A DNA stretch of 64,000 nt from Botryllus schlosseri (Eukaryota): the NCBI GenBank assembly GCA_051294905.1, contig CM119372.1, positions 9,674,001-9,738,000 of the forward strand, written 5' to 3'. The first letter of the stretch is position 1. Each line of letters opens with the position of its first letter. Of this stretch, positions 12,784 to 27,100 are shown in pieces. A model generated the notes under the pieces. That model was not told where the DNA came from and ran no database searches. It was given only the letters and a program-made list of their open reading frames with translations. The position numbers were made by a program, and so were the translations under genes.

Positions 12784-14705
12784 AATTCCCTACGCGGCGT
12801 ATTGTGGCTGTAACTATTCATTCATGTGTTGTTTCGCATATTTGTTCCCATTTCATAATACATTGTCGTCAGTCCCATATCGGAGCTAATGTGACCTCAA
12901 AAACTAAAAGTATAGTAGCGAACTGCTTGTCAATATATATTGTGTACTTATACATACGAAAAACAGAATTTTATTGACGATGAATAATCGTAGACAAATT
13001 AATCTTTCTCGACCTGTGTGGCCCGAATGTTTATCGAATTCGCGATCATGCACATCGTGATCGTACATAATATATACATTGTACCACGTGTGGGTCTCTA
13101 GGCAGAGTGAAAGTTTGAGAGAGCCAGTTGAAAATGATGTTGGACGAAATAATTTATGATTTGACGTCACGGATCCATTGTGTCACATACTATAACCATT
13201 AATCAACTATAGTACTATACTATTATTTTATCCGGTCAAGACACAAACAATGTACAAGAGATGAACAGTGACATTCAGAGAGTCCATGATATCTGGTCTG
13301 TGATTTGACACCTTCAGGTATAATCTGTTTTTTTTTGTGAAAACGCTGTAAAAATTGCGGCGCTAGCTAGGAGGAGCTCAGATATGACTCTTGGACAAGG
13401 GTTAGCCGAGACTCGAGCCCTCATCTATTGGACACTGGAGAGCCAGCCGCCACATATGTCAAAAACATCAAAGACGTAAGTAAGCTCAACGGCGACACTA
13501 TTTAGCGAGACACATATACGTTTGAAACAAAGCTGGACAACAAATTAGATTACAATTAAAAGGGCATAGCAACATTTCGCAAATTGGATTAGAAGCTGAT
13601 TACCGCCACTACGCCATAATTTGTCTACACAACTAGCTGTCCAAGTTCGGTTGCAACATCTGGGTTCGTTTTGAGTAAAATTGTTGTGACGTAGCGACAT
13701 CTAACGGTTTCCATTTGCCTTCGAATATTCGAGTAGATGAGATGCCAACATGAACATTTGAACAAAAATTCCAAAAATGTATACTTTTGTATCATGGCCA
13801 CAGAAATACCAGTACTCAATGCGTGTTTCATTATCTTTATGCAGGTTTTGATAAAGCAATATATGCAACAGGAAACTTATCCACGACCTATATCGATAAA
13901 AAACGAGTTTGGCCTTTAGGAATATAGCCTGTCCCAGACCGATTATCTCGTTTTGCAAAAAATACGGGATAAAGTATACCTATTTTAGATTTAGGAGACA
14001 AGGTGAAGAGCTTTGTTTCAAGAAGCTCACATGATATTCCCGAAAGGCAATTATATTTTATAAGGTCCTGCATGTAACAGTTGATTACAGACGTGAGAGG
14101 TATAACCGAATATATTGTTAACGCCTTTTTAAGATTTGATCAATGAGGACTGAGGAGTCTTGTCAACAATGCTTAATTCCATGAAGTGAAAATCCCGATA
14201 AGAACATTTGTGCTATACCTGGTAATCTATATGCCGTGTGAAGTAGAGATAAGCTGTAATAAATGATACGATGTTTTGTGCATATATTCTCTCGTAGCTA
14301 TGATATATATATACGAATGTGATACAGCGTATATACATACATTCTATTCAATTTATGATCGGAAAGATATTACGTCGTCGTACGTTAATTTAATAAATTT
14401 ACAAGTCGTGGAGACAGAAAAAAAACATTCGTCCGTGTGATCTTCGAATACGTGTGCAATAGACAGGCTTCGTGGTACGTCAGCCAACGAGCCAATCCAC
14501 GGCGTGGGACGCCGGTCAGTCGAACGGAAAGAAACACGCAACAAATGGTAAACGTAACCTTCTGAAGTAAGATTACACAACTATAACATCTGCAAACATT
14601 CGCTCTGCGTTAAAAGAGGCTTATTTATCTAGGATCCTCGTCATCTGATCTGCTTAAGCGGTGTTTTAAAAAAGTCTGGAAGTAGACCGTGCTCCAGTTC
14701 CGTTC

Positions 14706-15025
14706 CGTTTATTAGCAATTTCTTATCAGTTCAATACACCACAAAAATGCGATACAATGAAAAGATAGGAAGGTATCGAAACGACTTGGAGTAATCTTTG
14801 GAATCAGACACCCACCTTGGCCTAGGCCAGGCGACGTACAGAGGAGGCATGCACATTGCACAAGCACATATGCACACTGAATGAAAAAAGTAAAAGAAGA
14901 TGCAGTATGATAAAAAGCAATCGACAAAAAAATGGGGTGGACAGGTAATCTTGAGGGCGGACTAGTATTTATTTAGTAGAAATTGCTTATATTTCGAGTT
15001 GAATGTGGACAATGGACAATGCTAG
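14706..15025 (-). mobile_element. 3' fragment of a CR1/L2-like LINE
   Basis: Similar to 38980-39345. Minus strand encodes a decayed ORF2 C-terminus followed by 3'UTR and AATAAA. A further partial copy lies at ~35035-35112. Confidence 0.7.
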
Positions 15026-15382
15026 TGCGGAGCACTGGCTACCTCTCTCTCATATCTGTTATGGTACAATGCCACATCACGTGACTTATTGCTGATATAT
15101 AATATAGCGCATATAGTATATTGACTCAGATGAGACTCATGTACGCCATAACTTACTGCTTAAATTACCCGAATAACAAACCATCCGAACAATATATCTG
15201 GAAAAGGCAATTGTTGTCGTCTATTGAACTACCAGATGCGGAATCATGATATAGAACACCGGTCTGGTGCAAATGACCATTGTAGTAGACAAACACCATG
15301 AATACCACAAACAACAACAGACGAGAAAGCGCGTATCCAATCAGCAATTCGTCTATTACGTTGAATACAAAGGGGTTATGAG

Positions 15383-15904
15383 TAGGGCTGGGCAAAATCG
15401 AGTACCTGAGTGATTCGATTCTGAATCACGTAATATGCTTCGAGTCGAGTAATCGAGTATAACTCCTTATGACGTCATAACAGAATGTAATACGTCAAAG
15501 ATCAGATATGTACCGTTTATGCCACAATAATATTATTGCCTGTTATATTATGCCTGTTATCCAACTCATAAAACATACTTTGCTATCTTTTCGACCGTAC
15601 CGATTTCATTCCACTTGGTGATAATGTTGTGGGATAATCATGACTTCGGAAATGTGCTGCGTCCAGTAACCTTCGTAGCTTTGTAATAATGTTTCGTATG
15701 CTACGATACCGCCAATCAAGGTTTCAACGCTTCAACTGTGAAAATTCGTATCGAAACTATAATTCTCGTTGATAAATTAATTGTCAGTGGTGAGAAGCGT
15801 GTAATTTCAGTACTCGAAAAAATCGTCTTTTACTACTCGACTCGAATCATTAAAATAAATACTCGATTCAGATTCGAGTACTCGAATCATTGTGCCCAGC
15901 CCTA
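15383..15904. mobile_element. Non-autonomous hAT element, TIR TAGGGCTGGGCA family (copy 1)
   Basis: TIRs TAGGGCTGGGCA...TGCCCAGCCCTA; perfect TSD GTTATGAG; subterminal TCGAGTA/GATTCGA repeats; inverted copy at 62483-63258. Confidence 0.92.
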
Positions 15905-17269
15905 GTTATGAGTAGCTTGCGTTCGGCAATTGTTTGCTGATTATAACGACAAATCGGACTGGATTGCTGCATTTCCCGATCAACATTAGCAAAGCCTTTG
16001 GCGGAAAGAATGAATTTCAATCTCACGCATACACAGTACACAGTACACACGCACTGTCGGATTTCAAGCTCCAATCAATATGAGAATATGACTCTGACGA
16101 AAATCTGGCTAACGAATTATTGTGAGCGCGGCAACGTGGCGTGTGATGGCGCTTATGGGCGCAAAACAATTTAATTTGGAGGACGAGAATGTGCATTTAC
16201 TCCTCTAATCTTGAGAATATAAAGTGTTTGGAATATTTGGTAAATTGAATACGAATGTGTGACATTTAAAACGTCTTTGCGACCCACCTGAATTAGCTTC
16301 GCGACCCACCGGTCGGGAAGGGCTGCCTTACCTGGACGCAAATTCCTGATGTAAAAGTTTGGTCTTTATATCGCGATGAGACTTAAATGGATGGGAAAAT
16401 CCCTTTAAAGCATTGGGTGAAGACAGTGGCGGATCGTGACAATATATCAGGTGATGGGGCGCGCAATGGGGGTACGCGATTTTAATTGTCTAAATGACGG
16501 CACAATAGTGCATTCCGACGTGAAAATGTGACTTCGTGGTGGTCACACGCAGTTTGTATGGGGTATAGAGTATACACAATAGGCATGGTACAGTAGTTCA
16601 TACCTGCATATTCAAACGTTTGTATCAGTAAGCCTATTGCGCGCCGCGTGATTCCATAGTTGCAAAATGTTCAATGACGAGCTCGTTGAAATCTGGAATG
16701 CCCAGGAGAGAGTTGAGAATGGTGAGCATGAGCACATCTCACGCATCGAGCCTAATTACTGCAGCAAAGCTGATAGAATGCGATTTTTCAACTATAGGAA
16801 TTTTAAAAGTTCACTAGTGTTTACTATTTCGGAAAAAGATGTATTGGAATATTATCAAGTCAACTCGAGCCGATCAATGTCGACCATCGGGTAATATGGA
16901 GACACCGTTTGCAGTAGACCACATGTTTCAGATCAAGCCGTCCCTATCCTCGCTTATACGTCAGCCTTTCATTTTTATCGAAATACGTTGGGGAAAAGGT
17001 GCAAAGTGCACTTTCCTCCCGCGTGCGATTAGATCAATGGACAATTTCCTGCAGGCTGGTAAATGCCGAGCCTTGCGTAAAATAAATCGAGGAATTGGCT
17101 GATCAAGTGATCAGCTGTTAGCCGTCATCGAAAATGAACTAGCTATCGCGCTAGACATCGGGTTGTAAGCAAATGGCTTGAAGGCCACAATTTCACGGTG
17201 AAATTGACATTGGAGAATATAAAATAAAGTAAACATTTGAATGGAAACCGAGAATCTTAGTAAACTGTT

Positions 17270-17930
17270 TCATGAGATCATCATCTCATCACCTATCTCA
17301 GTATAGAACACACAGACCAACACCGGTTTTTGCGTGAAATCCGCAATGCGGTAGTAAGGCCTATGTGTCAGATCAGCGTACATCTCTACCATACTCACCT
17401 CGATAACGAAATTACTGCCCTAATCATCGAGTGTCAACCTCGGGACTTGGCACAGCGTTCGATACTGAAATCAAGACATACCGTCCCAAAGCTCATGACC
17501 GATCTAGGTATGGAGCATCGTTAAAAAAATCAATAGAGACCAATAACGGTTTTGCGTAAAATCTGTTAGCGATAAATGGCGAGTCAGCTCTCACTTGACT
17601 TAGGAAATTACCATCCACATAGTTCAGTGATAAACTTAAAACTTGGTACAGCGATCGATATTAATATTAAGACTTACTATGCCAAATGTTATGAACGATC
17701 TCGGTATGGGACATCGTCAAAATCAATGGAGGTCAATGCCCGCTTTTGAGTAAAATCTGTTTGCGATACATGACGGATCAGCACACAGTCAACTTAGGAA
17801 ACGAAACTACTACCCTAAAACCCTGAAACTCGGAGCAGTGTTAAATACCACCATCACGACATAACATACCAAGTTTCCAGAATTATCATGTAGCGAAACA
17901 CCGTCAAAGTCGACTTATACCAGCAAAGGT
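17270..17930. repeat. Degenerate tandem repeat, ~200-220 bp unit, about 3 copies
   Basis: Motifs CGGTTTTGCGT(G/A)AAATC, ACTTGG(C/T)ACAGCG.TCGATA and CGATCT.GGTATGG..CATCGT recur near 17325, 17547 and 17742. Confidence 0.65.
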
Positions 17931-19372
17931 CGACTAAACGCGTAGGACGGCATGAGTTCAGGTATGTATACCATTGTTACATCACACTGGCAGGGCTACT
18001 CGCCAAGTTGCCCCGGTTGCTCGGTAATTTGATGAAAAAGGGAGAGTAGTTCAGTTTCTTTATTGTGAGCGGCTATGCCCCGGCTAGGCATTTACAAAGC
18101 GAAAACAGAAGATAATCCGAATTTCGTAGAGACTTCGCTATATATGGGCATTGGGCATTTACAAGCGAAAGCACAAAATGAATGCCATTTTCGGTACATA
18201 TCGATTGAGCGTCTATGCATGGTAAATCATTGTTATTGAACAGAATTTTAGGTGGGGCAATGAATGACCCAGTTGCCCTATAGGACGAGCCGTCACTGGG
18301 TGAAGATAGGGTTCACCGTGCTGATCAAGGATATCCCTGGTGTTGATGAGGAATTGTACTTGTCCAAACAGCACTTCGGACGTGACGTCGGCAGCTACGG
18401 AATCAAAATATACGAATATCGGCCTGGTGTATAAGGACCATTGCAGTAGAAACGCCATGAATATCAAAAACGACAACAACACCTCTGCCCGTGTCACTTG
18501 AATGTCATGAAACGCCATTGCTTGAATGATACGGAAGAGTCCTACGAAAAAGCAATTGTCGATTTTCGAAACCAGGTATGGAAGTGCAAGTGCTATATGG
18601 CCACTGGTTACTCTTTCCTGTTTTACTAAAAGCCTGGAGTAACTATACACCAAATCATGTGGATGTTTTAAAGTAGTTTCAAAGGTCTCTTGAAACATGG
18701 ATTCGTTCAGTGATGAAGTACAAGACAGGTACACGACCTTGTGCCATGTCTTTGATGATCATATGCAGTCGAACCGCTGGCGGTACATCATTGAATTGTT
18801 TTCTCGTATATTGGAGATAAACTTCTGCCTGTGAACATCGATGCCCCGCAACAAGTAGAATAATTTCAAGTATAAAACTTAGCGTAAGTAATACGACAAC
18901 TATACTTCACCTAGAAAACCATTCGTTTTCAACAGCGTCTCAATACTTTAGACAGGACTGATAAGTTCCAGTCTGGCTCCGGCTTTGATAAAGCCAAACT
19001 GTCCAGAGACTACAATGACACCACTCACAAAACAATGCAATTGTATCCGGAGATTGTTTTTACTGCAATGCACATGGCTTGAAACGAATAACTAGGAGTC
19101 GAAAAGAATTCCACGATAATACCCTTTTAGTAAACGAACCAAGGGTTATCACTTGTATATGTAATAAATTTACCCAGAAAAGCTCATTCAATCCGACATT
19201 ACATGATGAACCCGAAAAACAAACAATAAAATAGATAGGCAGAGGGGTTGCCGTGAATTTGCGGCGGTTGAGGCCCTTTAATGCTTGGCTAAAGTATGTT
19301 TCTAACGAATACATCTGCACGTATTCGCAGACACGTAAGGGTGACCTAAATTTAATTGAAGATGGTCTGGAA

Positions 19373-19994
19373 CAGTGGTTCTCAACCGCCGGTCCGTGGC
19401 AAGTTTCCTGCCGGTTCGATAAATATGTTCGAATTTTCTACCTTAATCCCAAAATGTAAGAGGATGGTTGTCGACTAATTCGAAAAATAAAACATCAAAT
19501 TTGAATTGTATTTAGAAGTCACGAACGAATTTTCAGCATAATGTCGTAGATTGTGTATTTTGGGCGTTCGCCACAATGGTGCACGTGTTGTAGGCTACGA
19601 CATTATTTAAAAGTAGCAGCTCGTTTCGGGCAAGTTATACGTGAAAGCAACGGAGACTTTTAATCTAAGTTTCCGACAGTGCAATTAAGCGTCACTTGGG
19701 ATTATAATAGAGCCTATAGCAAACAACAAAGTCGCATTTCTTTCAAACGATACCGAATATTCACAATCAAGTCCGTGGTATTCAACATGACTTCGCGAGC
19801 TTCGCCATGCAAAAACTTCAATATAACCACATCTAAATATCGAAAAGACTGTATAAGATGCAGTTTCCAATATTACATCGAGTTGCGGTGTAAATAAATT
19901 TAGGGTTCGTTTCGATTTTCGAAGGTTCACCGGTCCGCAACATTTGCTTTGAAGTTTTACCATTCCACGAGGTCAATAAGGTTGAGAACCACTG
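19373..19994. mobile_element. Charlie-type hAT non-autonomous element
   Basis: TIRs CAGTGGTTCTCAACC...GGTTGAGAACCACTG; flanks GTCTGGAA/GTTTAGAA resembling the NTCTAGAN target. Confidence 0.85.
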
Positions 19995-20033
19995 GTTTAG
20001 AAAATCATTTGTAAAAGGGAATATCATGTACAG

Positions 20034-20901
20034 CAGGGGCGGGCAACTTCTCCAGTTGGCGGGCCGGATATAGGAAAATTATGTACTTGGCGGGCCGGAT
20101 TGTTGAATCGATACATTATTCGTCTATTTATTCACATATACAAGGAATAAATCGTATTTAATGAATGCATTTTAACGACAGCAACGTAACTTCGAAGCCA
20201 TTTCTTGTCAATAATGACGAAGACATTGTGGATTTGAGAACAGCATCATCATACAGGCGCCGCCATGTCTGCTTCTCTCTGATCAATCAACACACGGTGC
20301 AATCCTTAATTAAGATTTCAAGGCGTTCGATAAGCCCGGTACCCCGAACTTACCAAGATATCAATTCATTAGGGTTTTTAGTAGGTTACGAGATAGCGTG
20401 GTTGTTCAACTGTGTGGCCTGTTCTATCTCGACATTGAATTCATGCGGCCTCCACGAAATTTGAAAGTGGCCCGCGACCCGATTTGAGTTGGCGACCCCT
20501 GGCATAAGTGGTGTCTTACAAAAACCTAGCAGTGTGCCGTGCTACCAGTCGACGGTTACGGAATCAAAAATAAGAAATATATCAGCCTGGTGTAAATGGC
20601 CATTGTAGTCGACAAACACCATGATTACCACAAATGACATTAGGGTTGACTACATCGTAAATGCCGATAATGCAAGTCTTCACGCTTCGACGAACTTACG
20701 CGTAAGCTCTACCCTCGCTCGCTGCGTATTGCGCATACATGTATTATGTATATAACATAGAGTCACTAAAATTTGACGTATATGTAAGCAGTTAGTGGGG
20801 AGTGGCCACATTATCATGTAAAACGGAAAACTGTCCGCGGGCCGGACAAAACCCCTTCGCGGGCCGGATCCGGCCCGCGGGCCGTATGTTGCCCACCCCT
20901 G
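20034..20901. mobile_element. hAT non-autonomous element (CAGGGGCGGGCAAC TIR, GGCCCGCGGGCC subterminal motifs)
   Basis: TIRs CAGGGGCGGGCAAC...GTTGCCCACCCCTG; perfect TSD ATGTACAG (20026-20033, 20902-20909). Confidence 0.9.
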
Positions 20902-21190
20902 ATGTACAGAAACAAGCCAGAATTACATTCGTGAGCCGAGGAGCTTTTGAACAAGTGGACGTACTTCGTTACCAACCATTACCGCCGGTAGCTATACCGA
21001 CGGCTGTAGATAGAGTGAAGATATTCCGCTAGTTAACCGCGCAACTCAAAACCACATAATTTGAAGTATAAGGAATATTTCCAGTAGCATAACACGAGAA
21101 TATGATTTCTATTGCTTTTCAAAGAAACTGCTTGTCACCGACGATTGGCATCGCTGGCTACCGGCATTTTACAGACGGCCGAGTACAACG

Positions 21191-24100
21191 TCACTGTTCC
21201 TTTGCTTTTCTTGCAGGCTTGACAACAAAGGACACGGCCAACACGACGGCACACAATATGTGACCGATGAAATAAACCGATTTCCACCATCTGCAGACAC
21301 AAATCGAAAATACAGTACATACGTTCGCCCAGATGCTAGAATCAAAAGCGACTGACCTGTACGTATCGTGCCAGGTGAGAAGAGCAAACGCCATGTACAT
21401 GTATTCGAAACTTCTCATCTTGAAAAACCAATTCACCCTGCGGAAAAAGTTCCGGTTTTGAAAAATACCGGTTACCAGTTGGAGCAGCGTCTGACGTACC
21501 AGTCGTACACGTCGTGGAAATCCGCCGGCAAATTTCCCTTCGCCTTTTTCAACATGGCGTCTTCCGCAGCCATGATGAAGGGCATCGTCAGGAAGGCGCC
21601 GAAATAGCCGGGCGCGATGCCGTGCCAGTACGCGCTACACCCTAGCACAGCTGCCGTTCTACACGCAAAGATATTACCGTAATAATAATAATAGCGGGTG
21701 ATACGGTTGTTGATATACAGTGTGCGAACTAATTTCAATGATACAACGCTACCTGAATTGCTTCAAATGAGCCGGCCATCGCTTGTGAACGTAATTAGCG
21801 AGCCACCACTGCACGGTCATGTTCCAGCTGCGCATGCCGTCTCTCACGGTGCTGCTCCAATCGCTTCCCGCTGGATTGATATTTCTCACCGTGTCGAAGC
21901 TAAACTCCACGTTTTCAAATTCCTTTTCACTACAGAAGGAAAATGCCTCGCAATCGAAAACCGATTATTCGATGCGACAGACAGACAGACAGACAGAAGT
22001 TTATTTTCATGTGTAAGAAAGTAATGCTGTGAAATGGTGGCCAGCGATACGACCTTCAGGCCTTCAAGTCAGCTGGTCACCTCATACATTAAACAGACAG
22101 TCATATATAGGTCAACATGCAATACCAATTACATATAACCCATATATGTATATCTATAGTCAATGATTTGGCATATCACTGCTGTCAATCTAGCTATATA
22201 ATGACAAGTAACTAAACAGTTGGTAAAATAACAAGTAAACAATACAAACGGTACCAAACTCTCAATGGTATGAGAATGAAGAAACTAAACAGTAGCCATA
22301 AGGTTATGATTGTAAGAGCTGCTTTTTATAATGATATTTAAATTCGTTAAAAGACATATTTTTCAATTCAGTTGGAATCTCACCCCATAGTTTTGGTCCT
22401 AAAAAGACAATGGATCTTTGAGCCATTGAAGACACACGTGGAATAAAATAGTTGTTAGAAGAAGCAGATCTGGTATTATAATTATGGACGTCTTTTTGGA
22501 GAAGAAATAGGCCTAGCAATGCATCGGAAATATTGCCATTATGGTATCTATGCATCAACTTTGCAATTTCTAGAGAGCACATTTTAGGAACTGTTAATAT
22601 GTTGAGGGATCTGTATGCTTGCTGAACACTGTCCCGTGGCCCTAGACGGCATATTGAGCGGATAGCTCTATTTTGTTGAACAGATAAGGCTTGCAAGTAC
22701 GTTTTGAAAGTTGTGCCCCAAAAAATAATACCATATAACAGATGAGGATGAATTATGGAAAGGTATAGAGTTCTTAGAACTGATCTGGGAAGTAAACGAG
22801 ATACCCGTGACAGCACACCACAAGCGCGAGAAACTTTTGACACTAGCAACTCGATATGGGATCTCCAAGACATATCATTGTCAATGTGTATCCCTAGATA
22901 TTTCACAGTGGAGGTTGGTTTCACAGTGACGCCAAGTATTGTTATTGCAAAATGGGGTGTGTGAGTGGGCAGTGCCTTGTTGTTGCTAATCAACAGCTGA
23001 GTTTTGGCAGGGTTTATTACTAGTTTGTTGACATTCATCCAAGTGATAATGTTTTCCATTTCAGAGTTGACTGTATGCTGGAGAGAAGCTAGGTCAGAAT
23101 CTCGAGCAAATAAGCACGTATCGTCTGCAAAGAGAGTAGTGTGGAACTTTGATGCGTTTGGCAGATCATTAATGTACATTATGAAAAGAATTGGACCTAA
23201 AGTTGAGCCTTGGGGAACACCGGTCTCGATTTTCCCATAGTGAAAGGGAGATGTCATGTGATGGTCAATGTACTGTAAGCGGTTTGAAAGATAGGAACGA
23301 AATAATTCCAGAGATTTACCTCTAATACCGTAACGCTGTAATTTTTCAAGCAATAAAGAATGGTTGATCGTGTCAAAAGCTTTTTTCAAATCTAAAAATA
23401 TACTGCAGCAAACATCGTTAGAGCCTAGAGTTGAATAATGTTTAGTAATTAGATCAGTGATGGCTTGATTTGTGTCGGTGTTGTGTCGAAAGCCAAATTG
23501 GCTACTCGATATCAGGGAATTTCGTTCGAAGAATGTCACCATTCTTTTATAGATGAGTTTCTCAAATAATATAGCAATACACGGTAGGACTGAGATAGGC
23601 CTGTAATTATTCATGTCAGTTTTATCTCCGGATTTGTGAACAGGAGTAATTTTAGCTATTTTCAAAGCTGCTGGGAAAATGGCCAATTCTACGCATTGGT
23701 TGAAGTAATACGCTAACGTGGGCCCAATGGCAGGAATGAGAGTTTTTAGTAGGTCTGTAGAAATTCCATCATGACCCTCTGCCTTTCCAGTTTTCATATC
23801 TCTAACTATTTCAAAGATCTCTTCCTCACTTGTGTCAGTTATGAAAAACGAATCTAAGCTTGACCTGCAGTAAGCCACTGGGGATATATCAGCGCAATTG
23901 GCACAAGAAGAGGCCAACTTGTCACCTATGGAAACGAAATGTTCATTGAGTGATTGTGAGATACTGCAAGGGTCAGTAATCTTGGTGCCATCGTCTTTGA
24001 TGATATTGAGTGGAAAATTTGCATTAGTACGTTTTACATTTATCAACTGTTTGATCAAACGCCAAGTTTGCCTTTGATCTCCATAATGATTGCTGAAGCA

Positions 24101-27100
24101 ATTCATATAATATGACTCCTTTGCTTTTGATTTGATGTGATTTAATTTATTGGCATATGACTTATATTTTTTTCTATCACCCTCAGTTCCACTCAGGGAC
24201 CATGTTTTATGCAGGAGATTTCTCTTTCTAATAGAGCGAACGATGCCAGGAGTAATCCATGGTTTGAGTTGCAGCTTTCGCTGCCTTCGTGACAATTTTT
24301 GAAGAGGAATATGCTCATTTATCAAACGCAATATATTGGCAATAAAATGATTAAAGTTCTCATTGAAGTTGTGTCTTGAGAGGGGGGTAAGGTTATCATT
24401 ATCAAATTTGTCAAATGCATCGTGCAGCAGTGAGTCTCGCGATTCAGGTGTTGGGAATCTTCTATACACCTTGGTGGCAGTAGGTGCAGGCGATTTAACT
24501 AGAACTTCAGCAACAAGTGGGTAATGATCAGTGAGGTCATTTTCCATAACATAAGGAAATATTGTATATGAATCGAGATTAGTGTAAATATGATCTATAA
24601 GAGTGGCTGAATGGTGAGTTACACGAGTGGGATGCGTAATAATAGGAACAGTGCCTAAAGAGTTGAGCATGAATAAATAGTCTTTTTCAAAAGCAGATAG
24701 GGATAGAATGTTGATATTTATATCCCCAAGGATGAAAAATGTTTTCTTATTAGCGCATAACTTCCTGATAGATTGATCAAGAGCCGTGACAAAGTCTGTC
24801 CTAGATGACTTGGGATGTCGATAGATAACTGCTACTATGATGCTGTGGCCACTGGTTATAGCAGAGTCAATTTCGACCCATACTTGGTCAGTGTCAGAAA
24901 TATTCAGTTTATAAGAATCCACTATATAGGAACGTAAAACGCCTTACGTAAGCTTTTGCGGTTCAACGGTCGGCCCGTGTCCGGGTCGCGGCTTGCATTG
25001 CTTCGGATACGCTCCGAACGCCGCCGTGATGAACGAGCATTCTGCCGCGAGCCACGCGGAGTAAAATCTCATTCGCCCGATGAAGAATATGGGCACCATG
25101 TAAAATAAACTGAACCAAAAAGGCTTGTGTCAATAACCTACGACGAACGAAGCTGCGGCATATAGGATTTTTTATTGCGACTGCGATGATCTGGGATTTA
25201 CATTAATAGACCCTATCATTTATAATTGATTATACGGTTGCGTGACATTAAAAACCTTCATAAAGTACGCTCATGACTAGAAAGTAGTATTGATTACTCG
25301 CCAATCGCCACGCTGACCTCAATCTAAGTCACATTTATATTCGATCAACAAGCACTTTATTATCAACAGATTGATACCACATGAACAAACCGGAAATTTT
25401 CTCAGTCTATAATTTTGACATGTACAACGTACAGCAAATGCTGAGCCTCCATGACATCGCAGAGTTGGAAAAGCGCGTCACATAGCATCAACAACTCCGC
25501 AAGATATGCCGTCGCGCCCGCAAATGAGACACACATCGGGTATGGCGCGAAATCTCAGCCTAACCACCTTTGAATTCCCACCGTCACATAATTCTAATGA
25601 TTGTGATGGGTTGTGCCGAGTGAAACAAAAAAAAGTTGAATATTCCAGTCCTTTGTATCAGGCGCATCTCTCCGATGCCATGAAATCTACCGGTGTGTTA
25701 AGCTATAATCTGAGTAGAAGCCAGCGAAATAAATGCTGAAATAGATTAAACCATAAAACCATGTTCTGGCGTCACAATTTCATAAATAAATGATTTAGCA
25801 TGTAATAAGATCTTCGTCGTTACAACATTAATTCTTCGAAGCCTGACGGCTACATATATTATTAGGTTCTAAATTCAAGTTAGACCACGAATCATCTCTG
25901 TAAATGATTAACTTTGCCAGTTTCAAAATTTCCGAGCACGCCATAATCAATTGCCTTGACCAGTATCCTGCATGCACTCACCGGAAGAAGAACCCGCGTT
26001 CATAGAACTCATCAGACTTCACGTAATCGATGCTGAAGAAGTACGAGGCGATCAGGTAGAGCGTCACGAATGCGCAGATCTGTTTCACCCGGTGCGTAAC
26101 TCCCTCCTTCCATGGAATTTTTGAAGAGTCGTCCGACGTTTGGTGAAGGAAATCGCTGTAAGTGCGGTATTTGAAAAACGGGCCTGAAACGGAAGCGATT
26201 GCAATGACATCCGTGATGTGGTCACGGGGAAGTTGCACTTGAACTATCTTCTTTGATAGATTTCCGGTACGTGCAGTACTCAACTAAAATGTTTTACACT
26301 TTGGATATTGAAAAGGAAAAAGTAGTTTTGGGACATGTTTGCATCACTTTCATGAGCTAAAACCGCGTGGAATGTATGTTCATTGATAGCACTTATTTGT
26401 AATCCCATTAGTCATCTCGCGTCAGTCACGATGATACATCTTGCGATTTCGAAAGCTGCCGCCTTCGATCAACTGCTAAAAGTAAGTGCTTTTCTGGTCT
26501 TTCATTTTCTTCCACTAGAAGTAGTTTTGACAGGTCTTGGAAACCGCTACTTGCACGTGCGTAGAAATTTAAGGAATTAATCGCACTTCGACCCGTGTTG
26601 CAAGGCTGACTACTTTGACTAGCTGTGTAGTCACTAAATGCTATAATAAGCCAATACTTCAATTCAAACAAAATTCGCGATTACTCCAGACCGTCTTTAA
26701 AATCAACGATGTAATTTAGTAAAAATGAAATGTACTAACCTGTAAACAAGCCCACGTAGCAATACGAGTAACAGAATACATCGAGAGAGGAAGGCTCCGA
26801 TTTTAAATAAAGTTGAAACTTTACAGGAACTTGATCGTCCTTTTCGTTGGCGGCTTTCTTTTGCCGGATTCGCAGGTCGTGAATTTCAATGGCAACACTG
26901 ATAAGCTACAAAAAGATAGCAACGCTCACAACCCTTAACATTGTAAGCCAATTTAGGCGATCACCTTTAGCGTCAGCATCAACTGCACGGCGTTGCCAAC
27001 GGCCGACGTGCGCGGCAACCCAAGGAATGCGGAGCAACGAAAAATGAGGAGGAAAGAAAATACGAAAGAGAAGGCAATCAGCGGAGTTTGCCTGTCAAAT

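Noticed and set aside
13370..13476. Exon-like segment (EELRYDSWTRVSRD…NIKD|GTAAGT)
   Set aside because: Could not be linked in frame to any upstream or downstream exon; weak acceptor.
18213..18734. 173-aa minus-strand ORF as a gene or MBOAT7 extension
   Set aside because: MBOAT7 terminates at 21191; the ORF has a non-ATG start, no motif, and includes a dispersed repeat fragment.
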